DNA of 64,000 bases from Candidatus Bathyarchaeota archaeon (GTDB taxonomy: Archaea > Thermoproteota > Bathyarchaeia > Bathyarchaeales > Bathycorpusculaceae): NCBI GenBank assembly GCA_963717465.1, contig OY970340.1:256001-320000 (forward strand), given 5' to 3'. Positions 61,490 to 64,000 of the stretch are shown in pieces. Both the position numbers and the translations under genes were made by a program. The notes under the pieces are model-generated. The model was given only the letters and a program-made list of their open reading frames with translations. It was not told where the DNA came from and made no database searches. Each line of letters opens with the position of its first letter. The stretch's first letter is position 1.

Positions 61490-61592
61490 ACCCTCATTCG
61501 ATTGGTGCCTAACTTTGCATATTTGTTTTTCGATCGAACCGTGTAGAAGAAATTATTAAAGAAAAAGCAGGCGTTAAATATTCATTGGTGGT

Positions 61593-61769
61593 TCAGTGTG
61601 CGTGTCGGTTTAGTTTCTTTATTCTTTCATCTAATTCTTTTTCCGAAAACAAAATGGCTGCTACGGCTACGCAGACAACGAGCACGGTCAACCCAATAAA
61701 ATTTCTTTCTGCCAGGAAAAAGAGTAGTAATCCAGCAACCGCTATGATTCCCGCTATCCAGTTTCTCAT
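61593..61769 (-). CDS. 58-aa two-TM membrane protein
   Basis: MRNWIAGIIAVAGLLLFFLAERNFIGLTVLVVCVAVAAILFSEKELDERIKKLNRHAH. Confidence 0.6.
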   Translation of the reverse strand: MRNWIAGIIAVAGLLLFFLAERNFIGLTVLVVCVAVAAILFSEKELDERIKKLNRHAH

Positions 61770-62180
61770 GTTTACGTCTTATTTGTTTAGGGCAATTAGG
61801 CTTTTCGGGAAGACAGCAAAAGAATAATTAACCCATAGTAAATAGCAAGACTACTCTAAATTCCCATTATCCTTAGGGATGCCTAGCGGAACGCCTATAA
61901 GCGATAAAGAATCTTTCTTGAGAGATTCATCTGGAGAGGCGGATTCAAATCGAACGAAGGGGTATGAGCAACTTGCAAGATTCTTTGCTTTGCTTAGTTT
62001 TAACTTGATAAGTAAGCTTTTCAGCCCTTTACTGAAAACGCGTTCTGCCTTTAAGAAGAATAGGAGCTTGAGGCGTCATGAACTTACTTGCACGCCTTTA
62101 CTACATTTGGCGAAGATTCTCCAAGATGATCTCAATTTTCATAGTTGTCGTTGACGTAATGAATTTGGGGCATCTTTTCT

Positions 62181-62513
62181 TTGAATAACAAACTGCATGC
62201 ATTAGTCGCCATATTTGTTGAGTCTCACAGAATAGATGATGTACTTCAAGCTATCTCCAACGCCACAAACGTGGAAAAAATTTATGAAGTAACCGGGGAA
62301 TTTGACATTGTTACTCAGGTTTCCGCCGAGGACATAGAAAACTTCAGAGACATCATAAAGAGTATAATGAAGATAACAGGAGTAAAAAGCACTGTTAGCT
62401 CCTTTATTTTAGCATCTCACAAACATTCTTACGAAAACAAACGTAATTCAAGGCAGAAAAGCAGGAATCGAAAGGCAGCCTCAGCATCACCAGTAAAAAA
62501 CCATAAAGACTGA
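62181..62513 (+). CDS. Stand-alone Lrp/AsnC RAM domain protein
   Basis: YEVTGEFDIV, I.GVKSTVSS; paralogue of 50277 and 55252. Confidence 0.88.
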   Translation: MNNKLHALVAIFVESHRIDDVLQAISNATNVEKIYEVTGEFDIVTQVSAEDIENFRDIIKSIMKITGVKSTVSSFILASHKHSYENKRNSRQKSRNRKAASASPVKNHKD

Positions 62514-62623
62514 CGAGCCATAACGAAAAAACTGTTTTTTCAAAGATTAAAAAAAATCCACTTAAGTCAATGACCTCACAAAGGAGCACTATCTCGTCTA
62601 TTTTCACTTATTGATATTGCTCG

Positions 62624-63241
62624 TTATGGCTGCTTCATGAACTCTATAAATTCTTCAAGGGTTCTTGGCTTCAGGGTGTAGTTAGTTTTTTTCTCTTCGC
62701 CGATAGTCGAATAAGGTCTTTGGCCATAATCGTGCCCTGGATAAACTTCTACAGCATCATCAAGTTTAGATAACTTGTTAAGCAGGCTATCGTACATGCT
62801 TTTTGAGTTGCCACTTGAAAGATCGGTTCGTCCGCATTCGCCTACAAAAAGGGTATCACCCGTTAACAATTTCTTGCCGTCTACAAGCAAGCAAATGCTA
62901 TCAGGAGTATGTCCAGGCGTATAAATGACTTTAATCAGTACGCTACCCACTTGTAAAACGTCACCATCATCAGCGGCTACGTCAAAACTTGCTTGCGAAA
63001 GTTTGTAGGCAACTATTTTTGCACCAAAAAGTGAACGCAACTCCGCGTTGCCGCCGGTGTGATCAAAATGGCCATGCGTGTTAAAGATGTATTTTAACTT
63101 GAATTTTTCAGCTTTTAAAACGCGAGTTAATTCTTTTCCATTGTAGCTTGAATCCACTACTGCAGCTTCAAAGGAAGACTCATCAGCTACGATGTAAGAA
63201 AAGTTATCGCCGCTCGTTTGTCTGATTTGCCTTAAAAACAT
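62624..63241 (-). CDS. Metallo-beta-lactamase-fold hydrolase (glyoxalase II-like)
   Basis: THGHFDHTGG, TPGHT, TGDTLF, GRTDL, YPGHDY. Confidence 0.93.
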   Translation of the reverse strand: MFLRQIRQTSGDNFSYIVADESSFEAAVVDSSYNGKELTRVLKAEKFKLKYIFNTHGHFDHTGGNAELRSLFGAKIVAYKLSQASFDVAADDGDVLQVGSVLIKVIYTPGHTPDSICLLVDGKKLLTGDTLFVGECGRTDLSSGNSKSMYDSLLNKLSKLDDAVEVYPGHDYGQRPYSTIGEEKKTNYTLKPRTLEEFIEFMKQP

Positions 63242-63640
63242 TTTTCAACCACCTACACATCCATTTTATGATTTCTCTATTTTGAAGGTTCTTGTTTGAA
63301 ACTTTTTTCTCATGAAATCCTCAAAGAGAAATTTTGATTTAATAAATGGTTCCTGTTAACTAATAGCCCGTCCCGTAAAAAGCTTTGTTAACTAAACTGT
63401 CAATAACTGCACGATGTACTTCTCCACCAACATTTCATTGGAAATAAAAGACTATAGTGCTCAAAATTAATTAAGGATTTAAGGGGACTGAGCACTAATT
63501 ACTTGATTCACAGGCTTCCATTAAGTTCTTTTACAACATTGCATCCATTGAAAGTATCTTTTACAAAAAAAGTGCAATATTTTTTTAGCAAATATTAAAT
63601 ATAACTTAGGTAGAATTGGATGCCTAGAGGTGACCAATGT

Positions 63641-63949
63641 ATGCCTCAAAGTGAACCAAAAAAGGAACCTAAGTCAACCTTTTCTTTAAAAGAGGAACTA
63701 AATAAAGACGACATTCTCCTGTTAGATATGCTGAGAAGCCCGATTGAAACATTAAAGAATCGTGATATACTTTGCGATCAGGTAATGGTAAACCATCTCA
63801 ACGTTGCTCGCGATGATATTATGAAAAGAGCTAGAGCAGTATTCATAGAAGTGGGTTTGAAACATGACGCAATTCGCGAAGATGGAACCCAAGGATGCCA
63901 AGGTTGCAATGGATGCCAAGGATGCGGGTCAAAACACGTAATGATGTAG
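63641..63949 (+). CDS. Hypothetical protein with Cys-rich tail (RiPP-precursor-like)
   Basis: GAGGTGA RBS; C-terminal QGCQGCNGCQGCG. Confidence 0.7.
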   Translation: MPQSEPKKEPKSTFSLKEELNKDDILLLDMLRSPIETLKNRDILCDQVMVNHLNVARDDIMKRARAVFIEVGLKHDAIREDGTQGCQGCNGCQGCGSKHVMM

Positions 63950-64000
63950 ACAAAAGAGGAATACGCAAACGAAAGATACAACACCAATTCTTGCACAATG

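Noticed and set aside
3084..63996. Many antisense or nested ORFs in the track (e.g. 3333-3662, 9411-9845, 51302-51784, 60628-60960, 61879-62154)
   Set aside because: They overlap well-supported genes on the other strand or lack motifs and RBS; treated as shadow ORFs
1..64000. CRISPR array, rRNA genes, transposases
   Set aside because: No regularly spaced repeats, rRNA-like sequence or transposase motifs seen

Overview
Archaeal chromosomal window. A TACK lineage, most likely Bathyarchaeia, is inferred from gene content: rps24e/27ae/6e, Rpo7-Spt4, aIF2-gamma, Alba, PolB2, PAS kinases and a tRNA intron at a non-canonical position. Many single-base frameshifts fall in essential genes between about 0.2 and 46 kb, pointing to long-read indel errors rather than real pseudogenes. 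Content in order: PolB2 with its small partner gene; rpl3-4-23-2-rps19; a redox cassette; the rps6e-aIF2g-PIN-rpoE1-spt4-DPCK-rps24e-rps27ae cluster; a pilin whose N-terminus the ORF track misses; housekeeping genes (Mrp, Alba, NadM, TruD, Pth2, Lon-like protease, MetRS); bacterial-type metK; an ATP-grasp/GNAT pair; tRNA-Gly(CCC) with a 29/30 intron; a virus-like string of tiny zinc-finger/RHH ORFs; htrA; tRNA-Glu; and a kdpABC-glnA-amino acid permease region. Three candidates for undescribed biology stand out. (1) A ~170-190 nt rod-shaped, G-U-rich structured RNA at 30.7-30.9 kb directly upstream of a small Vsr/DUF559-like nuclease. (2) A tripartite palindromic operator (TTATGA-TTTGT-TCATAA-N3-TTATGA) at four promoters, linking glnA, a permease, the gene upstream of kdp and a 32-aa membrane peptide, in a region with five stand-alone Lrp/RAM domains and an RHH regulator. 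(3) A RiPP-precursor-like protein with a CxxCxxCxxC tail at the right edge. All calls come from reading the sequence and recognising motifs; no database searches were run.
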